From positions 4,092,001 through 4,156,000 of the forward strand of contig CM102290.1 of assembly GCA_046563655.1 (NCBI GenBank): a DNA stretch of 64,000 nt, read 5' to 3'. This DNA comes from Yuukianura sp. NJ FZ-2021. Its lineage: Eukaryota. Made by a program: the position numbers and the translations under genes. The notes under the pieces are model-generated. The model saw only the letters and a list, made by a program, of their open reading frames with translations, ran no database searches and was not told the origin of the DNA. The number at the start of each line of letters is the position of its first letter. Within the stretch, counting starts at the first letter, position 1. This document shows, piece by piece, positions 1-13,200 of this stretch.

Positions 1-3000
1 GTGATTAAGGGGTGGATAAAGTGCTAAACTATGCTTTTTGAATTTGAGTATTGATAGACAAAGGGCCTTACGCTCAGAGTTCTGTTTTTGATGGTGTTGA
101 CTGAAGGGAAAGTGGGCAGGATGCTAACTTTTTTAAGATGTTCGGGAGAAAAGATCGGTGGAATTGAAGGGAGAGTTTGGTCAGAGTTGGGCGATTTGGC
201 ATAAGCTGAATGAGTAAGGAGGGCGAGGCGTTTTATTTTATTACCCCTGGGGGCCACTTCTGGAGGTGTGAGATAAAATGGAAATGGCTCCGAGGTGTGA
301 TGCATACATTTCCATATGATTACGAGCCTCAACGTCGTCGTTGAATGCTGGACGTAGCTCGAGACCGGCCTTTAAGTGGTAGTCGACCTAGCTCCGCTAC
401 TTCTTGAAGATGACACGGAACAGTTGATAAAAATGTGGAAAATAAAGATGTGCAGGATACGTTGTTAGTTTGCCGGCCTCAAAAGTTTTTTTTTTACAAT
501 TTCATGACAAAGAAAACTTTATATTCCGTTTTATTTTGCTGGAAGTTGCAGCATGGCTGGATTGCCAGCCGTAAGTTGCGACTGGTCCACTGTATGAGTT
601 TGGATTGACACGGGTTCCTAGGGTGGCTACACTCTTGCTGAAGTTTGAATGTTGAACAGTACAAGAATTGACAAAGGATGTTCTAAGCTGTGTGCCTGGT
701 GCTGGAGATAGAGCAATTGTCTTTTTAAAATAAGAATAGGAATTTGAAGTGCAGTAGTGCCATGGTTGGAATGACTTTTGAAAATTATAATTCAAAACAT
801 GACTCGTTCCTGCACAAAAGCAGAGGGTTCCATTGTTCCGGCCGGCTAGGCCACCAGAAAGGCTACTTATCCTTACACCTTGTAAAGCACCTTGCATTCC
901 ATTTTTTGAACTTCTCAGCAAATTTATTCCAAATACGACTTTGCCTCCAGGTTCCAGTGCTGTTTGACTGGAAGATAAAAATCAAAACGAGACAGGTTTA
1001 GAAAGCAGAGGCTCATTTTCTCAAATTTTGGTTGTCCTTTCCAGTAACAAGTAGAATTTTAACAATTGAAAATTCCTCTGAAATTTGGTGATTCAGCAAC
1101 TATACCTTAGGAATAGTGTGGAAATTTGTTGCTTTTTTTTGAATAACGTATTGGAGGAAACTGTTGGTTTGAGGGCGTAGGAAGTCGTTTGGGATGTGAG
1201 ATGAGTATTGGGAATTTACCGGTGGATGGAGTCGAGTAGTACCGTAAAGTTCCAAATAGTACATCACTTATACATTTCCTAATAGTACACCACCACCCAA
1301 ATGCTTTAAAGGGATTAGTAGATCACTAGCTTTACTATTTGGAACGTTACGGTATGTACTAGTTATTGGCGTACGAGCAGAAAGAAAGAGCGTACAGAGC
1401 CCAACTTCTGCTGGAATTCACTTGAATGGATTGGAGATGTGTGCTTACGGATTCCGGGAACCGGAGTGATTCTGTAAGTGGCGTTGGTGGGTAACAATGA
1501 GGAACCGGAAGAGATGGAGACTTGGTGGGCCTTTTGTTTGATATTGAGGCCAAGAGTATATAAGGACGGGGTAGAGGGGGCTGACGTTGACGGATCACAG
1601 TGTTCCTAAATTAAAACCCCCTTTGTCTCAACTTTTTCCATTCGTCATTCTCAGATTTTAATTGTGAAGGAAGAAGTGGGCTCTAAATTAATTCAGTTTC
1701 ACCTATTATTCTTACTCTTACACGCCAGACGACACATTTCACAACTTTCTAGGCTTCGACACGTCCTTTAAAAACATACTTTTTGTTCCGGACAACTCAG
1801 AAGTAGCAGGAGGGTTTTTTTCGTGTCAGAAATTGGGATTGACGGAAAACCGCCAAAGCGTTTCCTAACTTTTCATAAGTTTTTGCGTTTAGTCGAATGA
1901 AGGTACTGTAGGAATTCGGAGTACCAAAATTCATGGTCACGTCAGAAGAAAGTTAGCGTAGATTTTTTGCTATACTGATTGATAAAGTTGGGGCTCCAAA
2001 TATAGAAATCCAAGGTCACGGTGAAGAGAAAGTTATTCGCGATAATTGATAAAGTTGAGAAGACTTGAGAAGCGTGTGAAATAGATCAAGTGGTGGACTT
2101 ATGTTTTTGCAAGAACAACTTTATTTTTTTGGGATTTGGATTCTGACAACTCGTGGCATTGAGATCCAATGTTGGATTGGATACTAATCTTCTAACTCAA
2201 ATGGTTCTAAATCCAATTTCATCAAAATTGTCTAAACTTTGAAATTAATTTGGGAAAGTGTTCCGTTTTTAGATTCGTTGGACTGTGTGTAATTGAGATT
2301 TGGGTTTCTACTTTTGCTTGAGGCACAAGTAATCAAGTATTAATCCTTAGCTACTGTGCTAATAATTCTTGCTCAAGGCCGTTTCAAAAACTTACTCATG
2401 ATGGGAAGTAATTGGAATTATGAATTAAACCGAAATTGGAAGAGCGGGTTGATCGAACAAGTCGGGATGGCACAAATACTGTTCTGAATTTGATCAGATC
2501 ATACTGTTGACATGGACATGGTACGGCGGATTGAAGAGGCAGATGATGAAGGGGTAGGAAATGATGTTGGAAGATGAGATTTAATTTACTTTGTATACTT
2601 GTTTTGTAGATGGACTAGGGAGTGAATGCATGAGATTTTGATCTTATTATATGACAGTGATGATGACAGGATTAGTGCAAAATTGAGAGTTCCAGGTAGA
2701 TGCTTATTCATATACTAGTGCTGATTTGAGTGAGTCAGAAAGTCTTCCAAATTGGATTGGCTTCTCGTGAAATTGGAATTTTAAAACTGGGATGGCAGAA
2801 CACTGTGTGTCACAATTTCTGTTGTGGCTTTCCTTTTCGTTCTTAAAGTTTTTGAGTTAATTTCTGTTGGTGTTGTAAAAGGAGGTTATGCGTAAGCTAT
2901 TTTGAGAGATTTTGGGATCCAACTTATAAGGAAGATGCCAAAGACGATTTTTTTCCTTGACGGTTCAGAATTTTTATGACAAGCGAAGGTTGTTTTGGCA

Positions 3001-4253
3001 GACATCTCCACCTTGATTGAAGTTTGTATTTCGGAAATTAGCTTTCTCTAGGCTCCTTTGATCAACTAATTTCATACAGGAGATGAGGTTGGATCTAAAG
3101 GAGCAGCGATTTTTCAAGTACGAAATACTAAATCAAGCCCAGCAGAAGTGTTTTTACTTCTTTTGCTCCTGGAAATGAAGAAACTTCCGTTTTAGGCGGA
3201 TTCGATTCTACGCATGAGTTTTGTGTTTCACTAAATTTTTCCTTTTTAGGTGAAAGTCATATTTCCCAAGTCGCATTTAAAGACAATTTGGGGAAATTAG
3301 TTTAGGTTGAGGAAATGAGTGTAAGTAAGTAGGACTCACTGGACTTCTGGACTAAATGCTACCTTTGTTAATAATTGGCGTGTTAATTTCTGCGATTGTA
3401 CAGTGTTGGGCTTCTTGAGCCCAGGAGACGATGAGGATCGTGGAGCCTAAATCGTTTTGTGAAGCACTAGGGAGCTAAATCGCATGACGCTCATAGTCAT
3501 CACCGAGTAATTCGTAATTAGCTCCAATGTATTTTGGCCCAGCGGGGTTCTTGGCTGAGTCAATGAAGCTTCTCTGCTCTCACGGCTCTTCTACAGCCAC
3601 CATTACAGGACTTTTAAAAATCACAGGCTTAAAAATGTACATATATTGTGTATGAGAGAGAAGAGTTGCATTATTTAATGGGTCTGACATTGACTCTGTG
3701 GGATTTTAATTGATCCGCTAAGAGGAAGTTTAGAAGAGTGAAGGTAGAATGGAGCTGGAAGTTGTTTTTGCGCTGATTTTGTGTGGCTTAAAGTTCTTTG
3801 GCATCATCATGCCACATAATCGGTGAACATTCTGGGAAGTTGGCAGTTAGTTTGGAAAGAGCTGCTGGAGGGCTCGTTCAAATTACCCAACCCACCCACC
3901 TTTATTACCATAACTTCCCAGGGTCCTAATTATAACCTGTGCTTGGACATGGCTCTGTCGGATGAGATCCTAAAAATACTAACGTTTGGCCATAGACACT
4001 TTGAGTCATCCATATAATTCAAAGTCATTACGCAGAGCTTGGCAAAAATGTTTCCTATGTGCGCGAATCAATCTTCTCTCAGCATGAATCTCTTAAAGGA
4101 AAAGAAGGAGAGATTAGATGCAATTATTTTGGTCTCTACTCTATTCTTCTGAGCTCTCAGAAGAATAGAACATAAACTATTCTTATGCTTCTTGGTATTA
4201 GCTGAACAATTCCAATGTGTACTGATGCACTTTTTCTTGTTTGATTTTGACAG

Positions 4254-7200
4254 AGCGAACGCTGCTCACCTCCACAACGCCAAAGAGTCTAATTGGACGA
4301 CCAAACTTGAACACGCCGTGGCTCAGCCCCTCCAATTCCAATGACGAGGCCAAAGGTGGTGGAACTTCTGGAAGTGGAGCCACTCGTGACCTCGACAGTA
4401 GTTCAGGGTCTCAGCACATTTTTCCGTCGAGGGGCAACGAGTCCTCTTCCAGTTCCTATGGACAAAACAACTACGGCTTTCCAGGAAGAGACTTTGACGT
4501 TTCGCCTGTTGTGACCATCACCTCTTCGTCGTCCCTGCCAACAACAATGGGAACACAGACTCCTACTGCCAGTACGAAAGCCGTCCGAAATGATTTTCTG
4601 TCCCCAGTGGATCCTGACAAGGATCATCGGAGCGGCCAACACTCGGAGACGAGAGTCTATGACAATGATGAGGATGACTTTTCAAAGAGCAGCGATATGG
4701 ATTCGGATATTACGGACTCCTCTTATCGAGATTGGATGGAGCGGGAGCGTGGAGGGGGAGATGGAGACAGATTTAATATGGACGTCAAATGGCCAGACAG
4801 GACAGGAGAAAGTGAAGTCACGGTCAGAACGCCGTTGTTCCCCACGCCACCTCCACCTCCGCCGCCGGCTGAGTCGCTGGACGAAGATGCTGAGAGGCGG
4901 AGAGTTCGGCCAGCTCCAGGTAATTCCGTTCCCATGGTCATCCCTGCCACTTATTTCTATATTTGTATTATTTGGAAGAGGCATGAGTCAGCGTTGATCA
5001 AAAACATCTCGAATCCTGTCATGTCAAGACTTTCTTCTTGGAATGTGCATTTAGAGTAAATGGCTCAAGGAGCTCCCAGTCCTTAGCAACGGATAATTCT
5101 TTGCTTTTGGGAAAATGTTCTTTTGGAGAGGAAAAATTGAACAAGGTTTGAGTAGTAGGTTACGTAAGCTTTCTTTGTAGGTTGACAATATCGCTCCGAG
5201 CCCCTTCTTGACTAGCTGTCACTTATTCAGCCTTATTTCTCCCTGCTCTTCTTCCAACTTTTTCCTTATTTTTTCTTCTTTTCTTCTATCGTATCAATTT
5301 TTCCTTCCGTCATATCCTCTCTTCCTCACTCCACTCAATTTGATTTCATTTCTATCTTCATAATATTCTTTTAGGCTTCATTGCTAGCGGAAATTGAAAC
5401 TCCAATATTTTTTTCCTCTTGCCATTTTAATTTGATTTTGAGGAAGGAGAAAGTAGAGGAAGAGCAGAGAGGAAAGCTCTTACTTAAAATAATTTTTAAA
5501 ATGACTCTTTTTTTTCTTGTCGCTGATTCTCATTTTTCTTATGAAAATTTAGGCCGGGCTGCCACTACCAAAGATTTTTGTTCATCCAAACTAAACCGTG
5601 GAATGTTTTGGAACTGGACGGGAGTTGGACTTACGGCGAAACAACCTTGTCCTGGAGGTGCTTCCGGTGTGGCCAAATGGAAATGCATTGAAAGTGGTCC
5701 AAGTAATGTTGCTACTTGGTTTCCGGATTCACCTGATCTCAGTGACTGCAAGTCTGCTTGGCTGGGAAGTCTTCAGGTAAATTTAATTGGTTGTTTAAAT
5801 CATTAAATCTAATTGAATTTGTAGTTTAACCTGAAAAGTATTTGAGGCAACTCCTCTGGTAGGATTTAAGTCATCACGAGGACGACCGCAAAGTGTCAAG
5901 TTTATTGATTTGCACCATTTTATTTTGGATGGGTTCAGAGAATAGAGAATGAGTCAGGAAATTAGTAGATTTTTTCTAAATTTAGTCTGTCGTTTTTTGG
6001 GACCCGACCTAATTCTGTCTCAAAATTGTACACAAGCTGTTATTCAAGTGAAAGTTGTTCATTGGGATTTACAGGGAGAGAAGAGTGAAGCAGTTGGTTC
6101 CTAGTGACTCCTTAGCAGTAAATTCGCCTGCTAGGAGTCATCTGTTTTCTGTTTCTGTCTCCTAAGAATATTTGAATTTTAGGAGGAAAGCCAGATCTCC
6201 TTAATTTACGACTTGTTTGTTTTCTCCCAATCATAATCATTCCCTGGTTCAGGGAAATTAATAATAATAATTGGAGACAACGCCTCCGCACAAGCGACAA
6301 GGACGACCCGCTTCCATTTTTCAGTTTTTTCAAATTTTTAAAAAGATGAAGTTAAGCTTGGTACTAACTAATACTAGGGCACATGCGACATGTGTCGATG
6401 GAATGGATCGCCTCCAGACCTCATTTCTCTTTCTGTTTTGTGTGTTGCACAGTCGAGAGTGTTGGATCCGGAACAAATTCCAACTGTTCTAGCGGGTGAA
6501 TTGGCACAAGTTACGAATAATACGAAGCCAATGTACGGTGGTGACATTGCTGCCTCTGTCAAGATCATGAGAACGCTGGCTTCCAGAAAGAACGAAGAGT
6601 TGAGGACCCTGACGAGCCAAGTGAGCCGAGAGGATTTGGCTGCCGAGCTACTTCAGTTGATTCTGGATGCTGGAAGTAATCTTCTGGAGAAGACCAAGTT
6701 GGATCCATGGAGAGATCTAAGCTATGCTGATAAAATGGCAAACGCTACAGGTCTCCTTGTAGGTAGGTGCCTTACGCCATACTATGCAGCGCAATCCAGT
6801 AATGATAGTATATTAATCATATATTTTACTATATATTTATTATTATACATTTTAGGGCTCGAAGACAATGCCTTTCTTCTTGCCAATGTCATCTCATCCG
6901 AAAAGATCCTACGGAAGTCTGCAAAAAATATCTGTGAGGAAATGGACTTTCATTTTTCTTTTTTTTCTCAGTTTTGTTAATCCTATTTCGCTTCTTCCGT
7001 CTGCAAGTGGAAAAGAATTGAGGGAAAGTTTTTTTTTTGAAAAAGAAAATCATATAGTCTCTGTCGAGCATGTCCAGAAACTAATCTTTTCCCTCCGTTT
7101 TTTTACTTGGACAGTGACAACGATTTATGCAATTGAAGCCAGCAATGTCCAAGAAATTAATTTTCCATCTGAATCCATGGATCAGTGGGGCCGATTAAGT

Positions 7201-10200
7201 GATGTTCTAACGATGCCAGCGGAAGCTCTTCGAGAAAACAGTGACGGAGGACTCGTTAGACTTGTTTGTTTTGCTTACAACAACTTGGAACATGTAAGTT
7301 TTTCCTTCTTCTTTTACGAACTTGCTTATTATTTTAAAAAATGTGGAATCCAAAGTTTACATCGTCAGCCACTTCCTTTTCCATCCCCTTCTCCTTTGAA
7401 CTTTTAGAAATCATTTATCGATCTCTTCTTTTCTTGTCTAAAATTTCCGTGTCTGCTCCTTTCATTGATTTGTAGCTTCTTTTTTGTTCTCTCATCTTTA
7501 AGCATTTGTGTAATGAAGTGGCTCTATATTTATTATTAGGGAAATGGAACATAAATCTCCGAGAAAGAAAGGGAAAGAAAATAATGCTTCAAGTTTGTTC
7601 TCTCTCCACTTCTTTTTCTCATCCTTTGTCCTCACTTTTTCTATTAGTTTTTAAAGAAACGATGTCTTACAGGTATAAGTTGTAGTTTTCATAACAATGC
7701 TGCCAAAGTGCTTACTTTTTTTTAGGAGAAAAATGGCCGTTCTAAGTAGAAGGAAATAGTTTTAGCGCCAAGATTTTAGTTTTCTTCCGTTCCCTGTTGC
7801 CTTCCTTCCCTGTGATGACGATTTTGCACTTTGTGCTTTACTAATTGAATCTCGAGAAATAGCTACAAAACAAAGCCATTTTAGTCTTAACGCCCTCAGC
7901 AGCGTTCCTTCCAAGCCCCTGTAGAATAATTTAATTCTAAATTGAATTTGTGTGTTGAAGGTGTTGCAACCAATTGAGTCAGCGGAGATGCTGGAGGATG
8001 AAGAAAAGGAAAAGTCAGTTCGGAAGCGAGTCAACTCCCGCGTCATTTCAGCGTCCCTCAATCAGGGAAGACACATTCAATTAGCACTTCCCGTTCATCT
8101 CACGTTGCGTCACTTGTGGCTGGACAACGTGAGCAATCCACAGTGCGTATTTTGGGACTATACACTCAAGTAAGTACTTGTCACAAGAGGACTCTTAAAA
8201 TCTACAAAACCTTCTGAGAGCAGTTCCGAACCACTTTTGTGTCCAATTAAAGAATGTGACAATGACACTTATAAATTAAGGGAGGGAGACCTATTCCCAA
8301 GAACCAAATCTATTAAAATCCTAAGTTCAGGTTTGGTAGACGATTTCACAGTGTTTCACAGTGAGGAAATGACTTGGGGACAACTTTTCACCATTCCAAA
8401 GCCCTGCCCTCATCATTCGTCAGTGTCAGTTGTTAGAGTATGTGATACTGATTAGAGATCTCTATGATCTGATTAAAGAAGAAAGTGGGATGGTCATTGT
8501 CATTCTCACTGTTGTGGTGGATACTTTAGCAAAGGACAACGTCCCATTGTTTTTCTGAGAATTTCTTCAACTTTACTATAAGTATTCTGCTTGTTACTTT
8601 CAGCGCTTGGTCAGAAGAGGGATGTCGAGTTGTGAGAACGAATAGGACGCACACGGAATGCCAGTGTACACATCTCACGAACTTTGCCATACTCATGGAC
8701 CTTGCACCACCCGCAAAAGATGTAGCGTCAGTACAACTGCTCCAGGTATGTATAAATGTCAGTTTAGACGCAATTCTTGAAAAGAAGGTTTTGGACAATT
8801 CAACAATGGATTTTGTAGTGGAGACGGCTGGCATTTTGCCGACAGAGGAGGCTTACATAATAACGTGACGGCCACCCACCCAATGTCATCTCAAAGTATT
8901 CGCCTCCATAATTCGTAAGAGTCCAACAAAGACTTGAGCGAATTGCGAAATACTTGTAGTTCACGTTCGTTCATAAGGAGAGCGTATCAATTGACGGAAT
9001 CTTGGTTGTTATAAATCACCTGGATCTGAGTCGTGAAAGGGAGATGAGCTACAGATACGGATCAGAGGGTGAAACTTGGTTTACATGTCATCCTTGACCT
9101 TGTGTGACCCCTCTACTCTGCCATTATTCGCCAACCAATGATATTTTGGTAAATAAATAAAGCAGAAGATTCGTATCTGTATATCTGTCCCTCGTAAGTC
9201 ACCCCCGGAGTAGACCCATTTCGGAATATGATAAAAACATAAAGACAAAGAGGAAAGACGGCTGAAAGCGTTTTTGGTGTCTTACCAAAGTCATTTCCCT
9301 AATGGATATTTCTCCTTTTGTTTTCTGCAGGTTGTCATGTACGTTGCGTCTGCTGTTGTGATTCTGTGCCTTGTCTTCACATTGATCATCACTCATTTCT
9401 GTATACATGGCAAAGTAAGTTCCGGTTTTCTGTCTTTGACATTACAGTTTCTTCTTAGAGCGTTCCTTTGACGAGGAGCCACATTAGGGAGACCTATCCG
9501 TCAAGTACTGGTGTCAACCAGGAGGCAGTTCCGTTTTCTAAACTTAAACCTTGAGTCACCACTCTTTCTCATTATGATCTTTGATTTTGTGGGTATTAAG
9601 ACACAAGACTTGACTCCAGTACGTTTTCCATCAAATGAAATGGAGTGTGCATTCTGGTTGAAAAAAGAGAAAGCTGATGAAGAGAACTGAAGATGAGAAG
9701 GAGTTGGGCCTAAGTGTCGTTTTTGAAGAGTGATTGAAATCCTATTCATGGAATCATATCCTCTGATTCCGAAGTTCCTTTGATGTTTACTAATTGGGGA
9801 AAAGGGAGGGAGGGAAAGTAGGATTTTGGCATTGTTCCAATGGGAGTTTCACTTTCCCCGTCGACAGTAAGGGCTGGAAGAGAGAAGTTAAAGGTTATAT
9901 GCGTCGAGTAGTTGTATGGAAAGGAGACAGTTTTTGGAAGGGCCATTTAGAAAGTATGTTCTTTTTAGACTACGCAGAAATGAGATGGAGTACCGTATTT
10001 TCTCGCAGATAAGCCGCGGCTTATCTGTGAAATTTCAGAAAATTTGGAATGAGGGAATTTTTTTTTTTTGGAAATTCGTGAAAAAGCATTTTTAATAATG
10101 TGTGAAAGTGTTTTGAGGCCATCTAAGACTACACTAAACGCCCTAAAAAGTTCCAGTTTTTCGGACCAGTCTTCTGGAAGTGGTTGTCCAACCGAAGTTC

Positions 10201-13200
10201 TGCATCGAATCGAAAAGTTATTTCGTTTCATGAATTTTTCGTACCACCCATCGCTGGCAGAAAAGTCGGGTATTCCTTTGATTTGGGCCAAAACTTTTGC
10301 ATGGAGCCTGAAATCAAAATTTCAAAAAATTCCCGTCAGACTTATGTAAACAAACACTCATTGTTCAATTTCAAATTTTTTGTCACCTGACCGCAGTCCC
10401 AGTCACTCGCGCTTTCGCGTCCCGCTTGTCACGAATCCATTTGTTCAATTCACGTTCCAATTCAGGCCATTTTGGTATCCCTCTACGTAACGACCGTCGT
10501 TTTTTCTTCATTTTTGTCAATGCGAGTTCCATTTTTCTCCAAGCTCGGACACTGCGTTCGTTGATCGAAAACTCACGAGCAGCCTTACGGTTGCCAATCA
10601 CTGCAGCTCTTTGACAAACCAGAAGCTTGAACTCAGCAGTGTACGAATTTCGTCGCAACTTTGGCTTAGGATCCATGGTCAAAACGATTATAAATAATGT
10701 AAATGGTTGGTTAGACTTTAAAACAAAGTTAAGGGTTGTTGAACATAAATATGTGGGTTCAAACTCGTGTTTTTCCCGCTCTCATATCTATATGTGGTTT
10801 TGAGACTGCGGCTTATGCGCGAGAGCGGCTTATCTGCGAGAAAATACGGTAGTAAAAGTTACTGTTAGTTAATCTTCTTAGAAGAGAGAAAGATTGTCCT
10901 TTGAAGGAAACGGGATGCTCAATAGGTTAGGACGTTTCTGGGCAACAAGACCAAGACCTCCTTCCTTCCTTTAGACGTTTTCAACTCCACGAAAAGAAAA
11001 GTAACTAAACTTTACCATAGTCATGGCTCCTACACAGTTCTAGTGATTATTTTTTTCTTCGGTTTTTTCTTCTGGAGAACCGCAAGAGAAAGTTGGAAGG
11101 GAGAGTACTTTTGGGTGGAGCGGAGATCAGAGTCTTTTTTTTTCGTTTTCTTTTTTCTAGGATCGTTTTTTAAGGTTGATCGTTTTTTGTGTGCTCTTAA
11201 GCTTTCTTCTTGTTGAAGGAGTTAGGACGGAAGTGTGCCCTCTTCGTCCTTTCTTCGTTTCCTACGTTACAATTACCTTCCCCATTTTCTACTTCTAGTT
11301 TACTCTACGTTTTTTTTTTTGGATTCGGAAAATGGTCTAAAGTAAAAGTGAAAATTTTGTAAGACTATACAGAAATTCGTAACAAGAAGAAAAGCAAACC
11401 AATGGTGGAGCCGAAAAGACGATGCTGACACACGCCTTTTGAAAACTTAATTGCATGTTAGGCTTTTGCAAAAGTTGAATGAGAACGGGACTTTCTCTTT
11501 GAAACTGAAAAGTTGCGAAAATACATTTATGTCTTGAAAAAATTGTTTCATAAGTGGATCATTAACCACGTGAATTGTTAAGCTTACAATATTTCAATTT
11601 TTCTTTGTAGGTTTTCCAGACAATGATTCTAAAGAACTTATTCCTGTGTATGCTCATTGTGGAAGTTATATTTCTATTTGGAATTACGAAGACGGAGAAG
11701 CCATGGGTCTGCACTTCAATTGCTCTGATTGAACATTACTTTGCACTGGCTTCGATTCTTTGGCTATTTCTTCATGGTAAGTCCTCACTTTAACTTGCCA
11801 GAGACCGGGCACAAAAACTTACTTTGAAGAAAGAAAGATTTAATTCCCTCTTCCTTCTTAGGCTCCTTTTCTTCATCGGTTTTAGTTAACTTTTTTTTTC
11901 AGTAGCGAACTTTTTATATTACATGTTCTCTGAGGTCTTTTTTTTCTTCTGCTGAAGAAATCTTAGAATTTTCCAATTCTGCCTTCAAACCACTCTACTC
12001 CGAGTTGACTTTCTTCTTAGAAGTAGAAGAAAGAGAAAGTTAAATCCATGCCTCTCGTAAATCAACTCCCTTGGCATCAGGGCTATGACGATCGACATGG
12101 ACTTGACATCCTCCTCTAACTCCATTCCTTTAGTCCTCAGCTTCTTATATAACTTCTGGAAGTTCAAGTTTTTTTTTAGTTTTTCTAAAACCCAAAATTC
12201 TATAAATGATATAAAACTGAAATGAGCTGAAAAGTCTTTCTCTGCCCAGCACAACTTTTTCCCTAGAAAACTTTTTCTCATTTTCTTTTCTTTGTTTTAA
12301 GGTTTCCATCTGCATTTGATTGTTGTGGAGGCAGCGGAGAGTGGTCTTTCTCGTCAACTGTGGTACTATGGCGTCTCCTATGGGTCTCCCCTCATTGTCG
12401 TCCTTCTGTCCTTTCTACTGGATCCACGAGGCTACCGAAGTGAAAACTACTGCTGGATCCAAACTAGTTTTGGAATTTTGTGCTTCGTTGGACCAGCCAT
12501 TGTTGTGGCCCTTGTAAGTTTGCAACAACATGACACAGTTCCGTATCTTTTAAGCTCCCCCGCTTCTTTAAGCGTCCTCCCTCAGTTTTGTAGCATACTT
12601 TCTCCAAGTTATGTTTTGTGACTGTCTTTCCTATGTGTGATGAATAATGTGGCAGGATTGTTTCTAACATGAAGACTGTTTGGGAAAAGGAAGTTAGAGA
12701 GGCTTTCGTGTTCCTGTACTTTAACTAGATTAATACAGAGGAGTGGTTGGTTGGTTGTCTACTACAACCTGGAAGCTTTTTCTGGACAACTTGGAAAACC
12801 ACCGCTGCCCCAAAACTTGAGGTGGAACTAGCAGGGAAAGGTTCTTCTTTTTTTTGGTTGAATTCTATTACCTTGTAAATGTGGAGCAGAGGAGATTGGG
12901 CAGAAGGAAGTAAAGGGAAAGAGTATTAAGTATAGTTCTCATTTTTTACTCCCTTTGTTTTGTCGTAAAGGGTTTAATGGGGCAGGAAAGAGAAAGTAGG
13001 GAGAAAGTAAACCCTCGACTCAAACTGGGCACGTCACACCCCATAATAGGTTCTAGTCCAAGCTTTTTGGGGACGCACGGAATGAATATTATTATTCTCC
13101 GAAGCACTTTTTGGAATGTAACCACCACTGCCCAGTCCCGCTCTTTTTAAATTTTGTGAAGTAGTGGTTACAATGTGGTGGACAGCCTGGACAACCACTT

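Noticed and set aside
1..4250. Short ORFs in the first 4 kb
   Set aside because: No recognisable domains or consistent splice phases; most likely a large Cirl intron.
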